A DNA stretch of 64,000 bases from an uncultured delta proteobacterium (GTDB taxonomy: Bacteria; Myxococcota_A; Polyangia; Palsa-1104), in NCBI GenBank assembly GCA_963785725.1, contig CAWAWS010000002.1, positions 192,001 to 256,000 of the forward strand, in the 5' to 3' direction. Shown here in pieces: positions 1 to 11,919 of the stretch (positions are counted from its first letter, which is position 1; every line of letters begins with the position of its first letter). The notes beneath the pieces were generated by a model that worked only from the letters and a program-made list of their open reading frames with translations, was not told the origin of the DNA and did no database searches. The position numbers were made by a program, and so were the translations under genes.

Positions 1-900
1 GAACTTGAGCGTGCGCCGCGGCACCGTCTACGGATTGCTCGGCCCCAACGGCTCGGGCAAGTCGACGCTGATTCGCATCTTGTGCGGCCTTTTGGCGCCG
101 ACGAGCGGCCACGCGACCGTGCTCGGGATGGACGTCGCCACCGAGGGCGAGGCCATCCGCCGCCAGATCGGCTACATGAGCCAGAAGTTCGCGCTCTACG
201 ACGACCTGACCGTCATGGAGAACCTCGACTTCTACGCCCGCGTCTACGGTCTGTCGGGCGATAAGCTGCGCAAGCGCCGCGACGCCGCCATCGAGCTGAC
301 GCACATCGGGCCTTACGTGCATCGCCGCGCCGGTCTGTTGTCGGGCGGCTGGAAGCAGCGGCTGGCGCTCGGGTCGGCGCTGATGCACGAGCCGCGCATG
401 GTGTTTCTCGACGAGCCGACCGCCGGCATCGACCCGGTGGCGCGCCGCGAGCTGTGGGACCTCCTGTTTCAGCTCGCCGCCGAAGGCATCACGCTGCTGG
501 TGACGACGCACTACATGGACGAAGCCGAGCGCTGCGGCGAGGTCGGCTATTTGTACCTGTCGAAGCTGCTCGTCAACGGCACGCCCGAGCAGCTCAAGGC
601 GCTGCCCGTCGTCAATCCGCCCGACGCGCGCCGCGTGGAGATCGAGACCCAGCATCCGGCGCCGGCTCTATCGTGGCTGCGCAAGCAGCCGTTCTGCGGC
701 AGCGCCACCATCTTCGGCCAGTCGGTGCACGCGGTGATCGCGCGCGCCCTCGACGACGCCAAGCTGCTCGATCTCCTGCACGCCGCCGGCTTCCCCAAGG
801 CCACGACGCGCGCCATCGCCCCGTCGCTGGAAGACGTCTTCGTCACGCTCACCGAACAGGCCGCGAACGCGCGCGCGCGCAACCCGGCGGCGGCGCTTAA
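1..900 (+). CDS. ABC transporter ATP-binding protein (ABC-2/multidrug exporter type), 5'-truncated
   Basis: Walker [10 protein letters not shown], signature LSGGWKQR, Walker B VFLDEPT, TTHY. As given it reads on to 1003; the TAA at 898-900 just before the permease ATG is out of frame, probably an indel. Confidence 0.9.
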
Positions 901-2009
901 ATGTGGGCCAGCTTTCGCGCGATCTTCGAGAAGGAGTTCGTCCATCTGCGCCGCGATCGCGGGACGTTCATCCTCGCCTTCACGATCCCGCTGTTTCAGC
1001 TGATCCTGTTCGGCTTCATCGATCAAACGGTGCACAACGTGCCGACGGTCGTCGTCGACCAAGATCGCTCGACCGATAGCCGCGAGCTGATGGATCGAGC
1101 TGCGCGCGACGAGCACCTTCCGCATCACGCGCGTCACCGAGAACCCGCACGACGCGCGCAGCGAAATCACCGCCGGTCGCGCCCGCGTCGGCGTCGTGAT
1201 TCCGCCCGACTACCACGACAAGCGCACCCGCGGCAGCGACGCCAAGGTGCTCGTGCTCATCGACGGCAGCGACTCGACCGTCAGCGCGCAGACGCTGGCC
1301 TCGGTCAATGGCCTGGTCGCGTCGATGAACCTCGACGACATCCGCAAAGGCGTGCGCCTCGCCGATCCCTTGGGCGCGCAGCCGATCATCCTCTTCAATC
1401 CCGACGGACGAACGGCGAACTACATCATCCCCGGCCTGGTCGGCGATCCTCTTGCAGATCGTCGCCATGGTGCTCGCCGCCGTCGCCATCGTGCGCGAGC
1501 GCGAGAAAGGCACGCTCGAGCAGCTGCTGGTCACGCCGATCAATCCGCTCGGGCTCATGCTCGGCAAGCTCGGACCCTACCTGCTCATCGGCCTCGGCGA
1601 GATGGCGATGATCTTGTTCGCGATGCGCTTCGGCTTCGGCGTCCCCATTCGCGGCAACCTGATCTTCTTGTTCGGCATGGCGCTCGTGTATCTGTTCTCG
1701 CTGCTCGCGCTCGGGCTCTTCGTGTCGACGCGAACCAAGACCCAAGGCGAAGCGCAGCAGATGGCGCAGATGTTTCTGCTGCCGTCGATTTTCCTCTCCG
1801 GCTACATTTTTCCAGCCGAGGGGCTGCCCTTCGTCTTGCGCAACATCGGCCGCGTGCTGCCGGCGACGCACATGGTGGCGATTATGCGTGGCGTAGTCTT
1901 GCGTGACGCGGGACCTGCCGAGCTCTTGCCCAACGTGCTTGCACTGCTGCTGATCTCGGCCGTTCTCGTCACGCTCTCGGTGCGCTCGTTCAAGAAGGTT
2001 TCCTTATGA
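901..2009 (+). CDS. ABC-2 type permease, split by two frameshifts (~1100, ~1445)
   Basis: Three consecutive ORF fragments give [12 protein letters not shown]..., IDGSDS...[14 protein letters not shown], then [18 protein letters not shown]...LSGYIFP. Confidence 0.88.
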
Positions 2010-2095
2010 CCGCGTGCGCTACGCGAGATTGGGGCTAGCCAGCAGCACTACGCCGCATATCATGGTGGACGCCGTCGGACTGGAGGAGGGTCGCC

Positions 2096-2695
2096 ATGAG
2101 AGTCTGCCTCGTCGTCTCGGCCATGCTCGTGACGTTGTTTTCAGCCTCGAGCGCGCGGGCGCAGAGCCGAGTCTCCGTCGAGTTCGACGGAATGGTGTCG
2201 GCCTACAACATCGACACCGGCGGCGGCGGCAGCACCGGCGTAGCCCGCAGCGCGCTCAGCAGCGCCGCGGTCAACGCGACGTCGTCGACGCCGTCGATCG
2301 GCAACGGCATCGCCGCCGCCGAGATTCGCCCGTCGATCCTCACCGACGCCGGCTTCCTCTTCGCCGTCGGCTTCCGCGCCGGCGAGGCCGGCTTCGGCAA
2401 GTCCGCCACGACGCTCGTCGGCGGCGACTTGTCGCTCGGCTTCCAACACCGCTTCGGCCGCTTCATCCCCTTCGTCAAAGGCATGATCGGCGTCAACAGC
2501 TACGACGACTACCTGAACAACTTCACCCACCACGACGACTTGCGCGTCGACGCCGTCATCGGCTCGCGCATCTACCTCACCGAGCGCATGTTCATTTCGG
2601 CGGCGGGCTTCGCCGGCTACGGCGACCGCTACGGCGCCACCTTCGGCGTCGGCGGCGACGTCATCCAATACTTTCACCGCGGGGTGATGCCGTGA
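2096..2695 (+). CDS. secreted hypothetical protein, probable small outer-membrane beta-barrel
   Basis: GGAGG RBS, signal peptide (SSARA-Q), alternating amphipathic Gly/aromatic strands. Confidence 0.6.
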   Translation: MRVCLVVSAMLVTLFSASSARAQSRVSVEFDGMVSAYNIDTGGGGSTGVARSALSSAAVNATSSTPSIGNGIAAAEIRPSILTDAGFLFAVGFRAGEAGFGKSATTLVGGDLSLGFQHRFGRFIPFVKGMIGVNSYDDYLNNFTHHDDLRVDAVIGSRIYLTERMFISAAGFAGYGDRYGATFGVGGDVIQYFHRGVMP

Positions 2696-3135
2696 GGTCG
2701 CTCGTGTTGGCGCTGTCGACGCTCGTCGCCGCCGGCTGCTCGACGGTCGACATCTACACCTACCAGCCGCGCCCGCTGCCGACCGGCGCCGAGCCGCTGG
2801 CGGTCGTCGCCTGGACGCTGCACGACCTGCGCAACGTCACCTGGAGCTACGGCGAGCCCGATCCCGACTCGACGCGGCGCGCGCAGGTGGAGGCCACGCG
2901 TCACGGCGTCGCCGGGCGGGCCGACCGCGTCGCCACCGGCTCGCCGCTCGACCTGACGTACCGCGAAATTGCCGAGGGCGTGCGTCACGTGACGCAGCTG
3001 CACGGCACCTGGACGATCTTCTTGTACGATCGGCAGAATCGGCTCATCCAGCTGGAATTCAACAGCTATGCGGCCGCCCGACTGTTCCTCGACGCCTCCG
3101 CCGCCATCGCCTCTGGCAGCGCCTCACAAACCTGA
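2692..3135 (+). CDS. hypothetical lipoprotein
   Basis: GTGA overlap with upstream stop; N-terminus MRSLVLALSTLVAAGC has a lipobox. Confidence 0.6.
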   Translation: MRSLVLALSTLVAAGCSTVDIYTYQPRPLPTGAEPLAVVAWTLHDLRNVTWSYGEPDPDSTRRAQVEATRHGVAGRADRVATGSPLDLTYREIAEGVRHVTQLHGTWTIFLYDRQNRLIQLEFNSYAAARLFLDASAAIASGSASQT

Positions 3136-3197
3136 AGAAACCGGAAATAAATTCCGAAACCAAGGTCGCGCTCGCGTCACATTTGGACGTGAGGTTG

Positions 3198-3755
3198 ATG
3201 GCCGTCGAGAGCCACGAAGCGGACGTCGTGACGCTGCCGGCAGCGCCGCCCGAGCTCGATTTTCGCGTGGTCTATGACCAGCACGCGCGCTCGGTACGTC
3301 GTTTCTTGGGCGATTTATTGCGCGATGACAACAGCGCCGACGAGGCGACGCAAGAGACGTTCGTGCGAGCGCACGCCCGGCTCGCGACGTTGCGCGAAGG
3401 CGACAAGGTGCTGCCGTGGCTGTTCGGCATCGCGCGTAACGTCTTTTACGAAGAGCTGCGCGCGAAGAAGCGGCACTTGAAGCCGGTGGACGAATCGACG
3501 CCGGAAGAGGTCGACCGCGCGCCGTCGCCCGAAGGCGTGCTGCTCGGCGCCGAGGCCGACGCGCAGCTGCAGGCGGCGTTGGCCGAGCTCACCGACGAGC
3601 GGCGCGCCGCGTTGGTCTTGCGCATCGACCACGGTCTCGACTACGACGAGATAGCCGAGATCATGGTCTGGCCGCTGTCGAAGGTGAAAAACGAGATCCA
3701 TCGCGCCCGGCTGGTGTTGCGGACGCGGCTGGCGAAGTACGTGGGAGGCATGTGA
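3198..3755 (+). CDS. ECF RNA polymerase sigma factor
   Basis: Region 2 ADEATQETFVRAH...WLFGIARN; region 4 GLDYDEIAEIM...VKNEIHRAR. Confidence 0.9.
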   Translation: MAVESHEADVVTLPAAPPELDFRVVYDQHARSVRRFLGDLLRDDNSADEATQETFVRAHARLATLREGDKVLPWLFGIARNVFYEELRAKKRHLKPVDESTPEEVDRAPSPEGVLLGAEADAQLQAALAELTDERRAALVLRIDHGLDYDEIAEIMVWPLSKVKNEIHRARLVLRTRLAKYVGGM

Positions 3756-4441
3756 TGTGCTCGATTGAGGAGCTGGAAGCGCTGGTGGCAGGCCATCTCG
3801 ACGAGATGACGGCAGCGCGCGTGCAAGCGCACGCCGAAGTCTGCGACGAGTGCAAAGAGGAGCTGGCCTGGCTGCGCGCCGAGGCCGAGCTGATGACGCG
3901 GCGGCGCGAGTCAGCCAAGGCGCCGGCGCCGGCCTTGTGGGACGGCATCGCCGCGCGCGTCGCCAATCCGCCGGTGGCCGCGGCCGAGCCGCACTCGCGC
4001 TGGGGATTGGGCGCGCGCCTGGCGTACGGCGGGCTCATCGTCGCCGCCGCCGCCGCGGTCGTGCTGGTGACGATGCCGGGGCTCAAGCTCTTCAATCTCG
4101 AGCTGCCGAACCCGCTGACGGCGCTCATGCACTCGCGTGAGCCGGCGCCGTTGCCGCAGCCGCTGCCGCGCGAGAAGGTCGCGCCCAACGTGACGTTCGA
4201 TCGCGCCGAAGCCGAGTATCGCGACGCGGCGGCGGTGCTGGAGCAAGAGTACAAGCAGGAGCGCTCGCGGCTGCCGGCGCCGATCGCCGAGCAGTACGAT
4301 CGCATGCTGCACAAGACCCGCATGCAGATGGCCGATGCCCGCCTGTCGGCCGGCAATGACGTCGACGGACGAATGGTCGTTCTCGACGGCTACGCCGATT
4401 ATCTGCACTCGCTGCAAACCATCGTGACGGACATTAGGTGA
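3752..4441 (+). CDS. zinc-binding (ZAS, zf-HC2) transmembrane anti-sigma factor
   Basis: HAEVCDEC = Hx3Cx2C, one TM helix, coupled to the sigma gene. Confidence 0.85.
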   Translation: MMCSIEELEALVAGHLDEMTAARVQAHAEVCDECKEELAWLRAEAELMTRRRESAKAPAPALWDGIAARVANPPVAAAEPHSRWGLGARLAYGGLIVAAAAAVVLVTMPGLKLFNLELPNPLTALMHSREPAPLPQPLPREKVAPNVTFDRAEAEYRDAAAVLEQEYKQERSRLPAPIAEQYDRMLHKTRMQMADARLSAGNDVDGRMVVLDGYADYLHSLQTIVTDIR

Positions 4442-4445
4442 AATC

Positions 4446-5396
4446 ATGAAGCGCACTTTGCTAGCCTTGTTACTCGCCGAAGGGCTCGCCGGCAGCGCCT
4501 TTGCCGTCGAAGGCAACGATACGCCGGCGCCCGAAGAGGCCCGCCCGGCGATGCCGCCGCGTCCGGCGGCGCCGCCGATGCCACCCTTGCCGCCGCTGCC
4601 GCCGATGGAGCACCACTCGGGCTCGTCGACGGTCGCGACCGTCAACGTCAAAGGCGCCATCACGCTGCGCGCGGACACGATCTCGTCCGACATCGAGGTC
4701 GTGCACGGCAATGACAAGCAGGTCAAGGCCGAGCTCATCGACGCGACCGGCAGCGGCATTCAGCTGGTGCAGAGCGGCGACCGCGTCGAGGTCGTGTTCG
4801 CGTCGACGCACTCGAGCTGGCCGCACATCCCCGCCGGCATCGACGGCAAGCTGCGCGTGGAAGTGCCGTGGGGCAGCTGCGTCGAGCTGACGTCGGCGTC
4901 GGGCGACCTGCAGGTGCGCGACATCGGCGGCAACGTGCGGCTGCGCACGGCGTCGGGCGACGCCAAAGTGCGCCGCGCCGCCAACGTCGAAGCGCAGCTC
5001 GTCTCGGGCGACATCACGATCGAGAACGTGACCGGCGAGGTGCGGCTGCGCACCGTCTCCGGCAACGCGGTCGTCACGCAGAACGGCGCCAGCAACAAGC
5101 TCGAGTTCGGCACCACCTCCGGCGACCTCGAATGGACGGGCGCGTGCAACGGCAACTGCCGCATCGAAGCGCGCACCACGTCGGGCGACGTCAAGCTGCA
5201 GATGCCACAGTCTTCGAGCTTCGACCTGCGCTATCTCACGCACTCGGGCGACCTGTCCGACGAGCTGAAGATGACGACGCTGGAGAATTCGCCGTCGCGC
5301 TCCGGCGCCGGCTCGGTGCACGCGCGCTACGGCAAGAGCGAAGGCATCATCGAAGTGCAGACGTTCTCCGGCGATCTTCATATCGCCCGCCGCTGA
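4446..5396 (+). CDS. DUF4097 / putative adhesin beta-strand-repeat protein
   Basis: Signal peptide, Pro-rich linker, repeated (T/S)xSGD motifs; usual third gene of such ECF operons. Confidence 0.8.
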   Translation: MKRTLLALLLAEGLAGSAFAVEGNDTPAPEEARPAMPPRPAAPPMPPLPPLPPMEHHSGSSTVATVNVKGAITLRADTISSDIEVVHGNDKQVKAELIDATGSGIQLVQSGDRVEVVFASTHSSWPHIPAGIDGKLRVEVPWGSCVELTSASGDLQVRDIGGNVRLRTASGDAKVRRAANVEAQLVSGDITIENVTGEVRLRTVSGNAVVTQNGASNKLEFGTTSGDLEWTGACNGNCRIEARTTSGDVKLQMPQSSSFDLRYLTHSGDLSDELKMTTLENSPSRSGAGSVHARYGKSEGIIEVQTFSGDLHIARR

Positions 5397-5511
5397 AACC
5401 AGCGCGCCCCTCGCGTCACTACCGGTTGTAAGTCAATCGTCGGGAACAGAGCGCAGGCAGTCGGTGTTTCACGATTGCAAGCGGTCGAAGCTCGACCGAA
5501 GGAGTGATGTC

Positions 5512-5947
5512 ATGCGCAAGTCTTCTTTGATCTGGGTTCCGGTCGCGTTGCTGGCTCTCTCGGCCATGGTGGAGGGTTCGATGCAGGCCCGCGCCGCGCG
5601 GCGGGCCAGGGCGGTCGTGGCGACGGCCACGTGCTCGGCGCGCCAGCTCGAGGTCGACATCGCCGGCGACGGGCGCAAAGAAGAGGTCATCTTGACCCGC
5701 ATCGGCGACGAGAGCTGGGCCGACGTCTATTTCCAGGGCGATTCTGCAGTCGTCGACGCGCGTCGGCAAGTGGCACGATGACGCCGCCATCGAAGCGCTC
5801 GACGTCAACGGCGACGGCCGTACCGACCTCGTCCGCCGCTGGTCCGAAGGCGCGCAGCAGCACGCGCAGGTCTGGCTGTCCGACGGCGGCGCCTTCGAAG
5901 CCGGCTGGACCGGCGTCAGCACCGCCACCTGCGTCGCGCAGCGCTGA
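5512..5947 (+). CDS. secreted hypothetical protein with FG-GAP-like DxxGDG motifs (frameshift ~5745)
   Basis: AAGGAG RBS, signal peptide, DIAGDGRKE and, after the shift, DVNGDGRTDL; TGA at 5945-5947. Confidence 0.55.
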
Positions 5948-6278
5948 TACTGAAGCATTCACTTCAGCATCCCATCTCGTCACCGAAACGACCGCTTCCA
6001 CTTCGTCCCCGCAATAACCGCTTATATCGATTTCGAAGACGCACGAACGATATCGGTTTTCGCGATATTCGACGACGGCGGCGCCGATCCGAAAACCAAT
6101 CGAGCGGCACGACGCCCGCGCCACGACACGCGAGATTTCGGCTGATTCGCCGGTCAGGATTCGCTCGTTCCACTTCGTTTCCCAACCGCGCTGTAATTTT
6201 GCAAGCCCGCGGTTACCATTCGTTAAAATATGCGGCCGGCTATCTTGAAATAAGCGCTCGTGGGGCTACAACGGGAGC

Positions 6279-6755
6279 ATGAACGCGCTGGTCCTGATTG
6301 CCGATGATTCGCCGGAGATCCTCGACTCACACGGTGAAATATTGCGTCAGGCGGGTTACCGCGTGTGCACGGCTTGCAACGGCGAGGAGGCGATCGGCGC
6401 GGCGATTCGCCGGCGCCCCGACGTCATCATCATGGACCTCGACATGCCGATTCTCGATGGCTGGGAGGCGACGCGGCGGATTCGCGCCGACCTGCGCACG
6501 CATCGCATCCCCGTCATCGCCTACACCAGCTATGGATTGCGTCGTTACGTCGATCGCTCGTTCGAGGCCGGCTGCTCGGCGTTCATCGACAAGCCGTGCG
6601 AAGGGCGCGTGCTCGTGGCGGAGATCGAGCGCGCCTTGGCGACCTCGGCGGCGCGCACGCACAGCGGAGTCGTCGCGGATGCGGTGAACGACATCGCATC
6701 GGGGCCGGCGCTGCAGCCGCCACCGCCGCCGCCGGCGGACCGCCGTCATCACTGA
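6279..6755 (+). CDS. single-domain response regulator (DivK/CheY-like)
   Basis: LIADD, IIMDLDMP, FIDKP. Confidence 0.9.
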   Translation: MNALVLIADDSPEILDSHGEILRQAGYRVCTACNGEEAIGAAIRRRPDVIIMDLDMPILDGWEATRRIRADLRTHRIPVIAYTSYGLRRYVDRSFEAGCSAFIDKPCEGRVLVAEIERALATSAARTHSGVVADAVNDIASGPALQPPPPPPADRRHH

Positions 6756-6888
6756 CCGCCGAGCGTCACGCGCAGCGGGAAGCCGTAGTCTCACGTCGCT
6801 TTCGCATGCCGGGCGTTACGCACATTCGACGGGCGTGACGCCCTCGTTGCGCTTGCGTCGGCGCGCGTCGGGCTCGTAAGCTGCCGCC

Positions 6889-8766
6889 GTGAAAACACTC
6901 GCGCTGCCGCTGTTGGCCCTCCTCGCGCTTCCCGCCGCCGCCGCCGAGCGTCGGATGACGCTCACCGTCGACGCCACCGACGCGCCGCGCCGCTTGCTGC
7001 ATGCGCGCGCGACGATTCCGGCGCCGCCCGGTCCGTTGACGCTGCGCTACCCCAAGTGGATTCCCGGCGAGCACGGGCCGACGGGGCCGGTCGTCGACGT
7101 CGCCGGGCTCGTCATTCGCGCCGGCGGCAAGCCGCTCGAGTGGCGCCGCGACGAGGTCGACCTCTACGCCGTGCATGTCACGGTGCCGGCCGGCGCCAAC
7201 TCCGTCGACGTCAGCTTCGACTACTTGGCGCCGGCCGAGCGCGAGTCCTATTCGAGCGGCGGCTCGACGACCGCCGAGCTCGTCGCGCTCGAGTGGAACT
7301 TGGTGCTGATCTATCCCGACGGCGTCAATCAGCGCGATCTCGTCATCGCGCCCAAGCTGACCCTGCCGCACGGCTGGAAGCTGGGCACGGCGCTCGAGAC
7401 CGCGCGTCAGTCGGGCGACACGACCGAGTTCAAGCCGGTGTCGCTGGAGACGCTCGTCGATTCGCCGGTCATCGCGGGCGCGTTCTTCCGCTCGTGGCCG
7501 CTCGGCACCGTCGACGGCGTCGTCCACACGCTCGACGCCGTCGCCGACTCCGAAGGCGCGCTGGCGATCGAGCCCGAGCAGCTCGACGAATTCAAGCGGC
7601 TCGTCGTCGAAGCCGGCCTCCTGTTCGGGACGCGGCATTATCAGCGCTATCACTTCTTGCTGACGCTGAGCGACAAGGTGGCGCACTTCGGCCTCGAGCA
7701 TCATCAGTCGAGCGACAACCGCACGCGCGAGCGCTTCCTCATCGAAGAGGGGCCGCGCAAGCTGTCGTCGGGCCTGTTGCCGCACGAGTTCGTGCACTCC
7801 TGGAACGGCAAGTTTCGCCGCCCGGCCGGCCTCGCGGTCGACGGCTTCGACAAGCCCATGCACGGCGACCTTTTGTGGGTCTACGAGGGCCTCACGAGCT
7901 ATCTCGGCTGGGTCTTGGCGGCGCGCAGCGGCTTGGAAGCGCCCGAGTGGGCCAAGGAAGAGTTGGCGCTGACGGCGGCGCAGATGGAGACGCGCAGCGG
8001 CCGGCAGTGGCGTCCGCTCGAGGACACGGCGCTGGCGGCGTCGATCTTGCGCAGCTCACCCGAGTGGGGCTCGTGGCGCCGCTCGCTCGACTACTATCCC
8101 GAAGGCGTCCTTCTGTGGCTCGACGCCGACGTCACCATTCGCGCGCTCACCGGCGGCAAGAAGTCGCTCGACGACTTCTGCCGCCTCTTCCACGGCGGCG
8201 CCAACAAAGGCGCGGAAGTGAAGCCCTACACGCTCGACGACGTCGTCAGCGCGCTCAACACCGTCGCGCCGCACGATTGGCGCGGCTTCATTCACGCGCG
8301 CGTGCAAGCGGTCGCGCCGCACGCGCCGCTCGGCGGCATCACCGGCGGCGGCTGGAAGGTCGTCTACACCGACAAGGCCAACGAGCGCGCCAAGACGGCG
8401 AGCAAGGTCGACAAGACGGAGTCGTTCGTCTTCTCGCTCGGCTTCACGCTCAAAGAGGACGGCTACGTCTCGGACGTGCTGCCCAATTCGCCGGCGTTCA
8501 AGGCCGGGCTGGGACCGGCGATGCGCATCATCGGCGTCGACGGGCGCAAGCTGACGCACGACTCGCTGCCGGACGCGCTCAAGGCGCACCTCAAGGACGG
8601 CAAGCCGCTGGAGCTACTGCTCTTCAACTCGGACTATTACAAGACGATCAAAATCGATTATCGGGCGGGCGAGCAGAATCCGCATTTGGCGCGCGAGAAC
8701 GGCAAGCCGGACGTGCTGCAGCAGATCACGAAGCCGCTTCAGAATTCCAGCTCACCGACGAAATAG
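6889..8766 (+). CDS. M61 family glycyl aminopeptidase with C-terminal PDZ domain
   Basis: Signal peptide, GLEH, HEFVHSWN zinc motif, LWVYEGLTSY, PDZ-like NSPAFKAGL. Confidence 0.92.
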   Translation: MKTLALPLLALLALPAAAAERRMTLTVDATDAPRRLLHARATIPAPPGPLTLRYPKWIPGEHGPTGPVVDVAGLVIRAGGKPLEWRRDEVDLYAVHVTVPAGANSVDVSFDYLAPAERESYSSGGSTTAELVALEWNLVLIYPDGVNQRDLVIAPKLTLPHGWKLGTALETARQSGDTTEFKPVSLETLVDSPVIAGAFFRSWPLGTVDGVVHTLDAVADSEGALAIEPEQLDEFKRLVVEAGLLFGTRHYQRYHFLLTLSDKVAHFGLEHHQSSDNRTRERFLIEEGPRKLSSGLLPHEFVHSWNGKFRRPAGLAVDGFDKPMHGDLLWVYEGLTSYLGWVLAARSGLEAPEWAKEELALTAAQMETRSGRQWRPLEDTALAASILRSSPEWGSWRRSLDYYPEGVLLWLDADVTIRALTGGKKSLDDFCRLFHGGANKGAEVKPYTLDDVVSALNTVAPHDWRGFIHARVQAVAPHAPLGGITGGGWKVVYTDKANERAKTASKVDKTESFVFSLGFTLKEDGYVSDVLPNSPAFKAGLGPAMRIIGVDGRKLTHDSLPDALKAHLKDGKPLELLLFNSDYYKTIKIDYRAGEQNPHLARENGKPDVLQQITKPLQNSSSPTK

Positions 8767-9528
8767 GGCGCGACGTAGCCGCTCAAGAAGACGTCCTTCT
8801 GGCCGAGGCGACACCACAGCTCGCCGCCCCGCTTCGATATCTGTTTCGCAAACAACGTATCGCGTTTGAGCTTATCGGCCCAATACGGGACGAGCAGGCA
8901 ATGGGCGCTGCCGGTGACCGAGTCCTCGTCGTGGCCGTGCGCAGGCGCGAAGTAGCGCGAGACGAAGTCGCAGTCGTAGCCGCCGCCGGCCGCGGTGACG
9001 ATGACCGACAGCTCGTGCGCGCCCAGCGAGGCGAAGTCGGGCGTGAGGTCGGCGACGGATTTCGCGTCGTCATACACGCAGAGCCAGGTCGTGCCGTTCG
9101 TCAGCACCAGATCGGGCGCATGGCCGAGCGCCGTCGCCAATGCGGGCGGCAGCGCCGTCGGCGGCTTCGGGATCGCGGCGCGGCAGCGCCAGCGTCAGCC
9201 GATCGCCGTCGCGCTCGACGCGCAGCTCGCCGCCGCGCCAGGAAAAGCGGACGACCTGCCGCTTGGGCAGAAGATGCGTCAGCGCCACCCAGCCGGCGGC
9301 GAGCGTGCCGTGGCCGCACAGCTCGATCTCGCGCGCCGGCGAAAACCAGCGAATCTCGTACTCGCCCTTGTGCGGCACGATGAACGCCGTCGCCGGCAGG
9401 TTGTTCTCGGCGGCGATCTGCTGCAGCGTCACGTCGTAAATCCAGGACTCGAGCGCGCACACCGCCGCCGGATTGCCGGCAAACGGGCGGCGCGCGAAGG
9501 AGTCCACCTGATAGAGCGGGATCTTCAT
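8739..9528 (-). CDS. PhzF family epimerase/isomerase (frameshift ~9185)
   Basis: N-half YQVDSF..FAGNPAAV..LCGHGTLA; C-half SRYFAP..EDSVTGSAHC. Confidence 0.88.
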
Positions 9529-10022
9529 GCGATCCTCTTTTCGAAGCAGGTGACGTCGACGGAGCCGACCTTGGCCGGACCGCGCGCGACGTAGCCGAGC
9601 CGTTGATAGAAGGTGCCGATGCGCGTGTGGCTGGTCGCGGCGTCGAAGCGCACGGCGCGCGCCCCGACGGCGCGGGCGCGGCTCTCGACCTCGCGCAGGC
9701 AGAAGGTGCCGATGCCGCCGCCCCAGCGCGCGGGCACGACCGCCAAGCGGTTGAGATAGATCGCGGGCACGTTCGGATCGAAGACGTCGTCGGGATAGCG
9801 CGTGATCGGATCGGCGCCGAGCGTGAACGTGGCCACGGGCGTGGCGCCGTCGCTGACGAGCCACACTTCGCGCGTCATCGCCTCTTCCGCCATGCGCTCG
9901 CGCGGATAGGGCGGCTCCCAATGCGACAGGCCGAACCGCTCGCGCAAGGCGCGCCCGCACGACGCGACGAGCGCGTGCGCGACTTCGACGTCGATGGGGC
10001 CGAGACGTGCGAGCGCGTACAT
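9525..10022 (-). CDS. GNAT family N-acetyltransferase
   Basis: YLNRLAVVPARWGGGIG motif A, FYQRLGY; ATGA-coupled to the PhzF gene. Confidence 0.85.
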   Translation of the reverse strand: MYALARLGPIDVEVAHALVASCGRALRERFGLSHWEPPYPRERMAEEAMTREVWLVSDGATPVATFTLGADPITRYPDDVFDPNVPAIYLNRLAVVPARWGGGIGTFCLREVESRARAVGARAVRFDAATSHTRIGTFYQRLGYVARGPAKVGSVDVTCFEKRIA

Positions 10023-10103
10023 GCCTTCATCATAACGCAGCTCGGCGCAGATGCGACCGCTTGACGCGGCGACGAATCTCAGCGCGGCGAGTTTGCGCTG
10101 ACG

Positions 10104-11885
<1,782 letters not shown>

Positions 11886-11919
11886 GGGCGATTCATACCA
11901 TGCTAAAGTCCGCGCCCGG

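Noticed and set aside
3156..3182. Autoregulatory ECF promoter GAAAC...CGTC before the sigma gene
   Set aside because: Spacer is 14 nt, shorter than typical; cannot be supported without the group consensus.
5950..6278. Lower-GC intergenic stretch with several GATAT motifs
   Set aside because: No convincing ORF, RNA structure or regular repeat; probably the promoter region of the response regulator.
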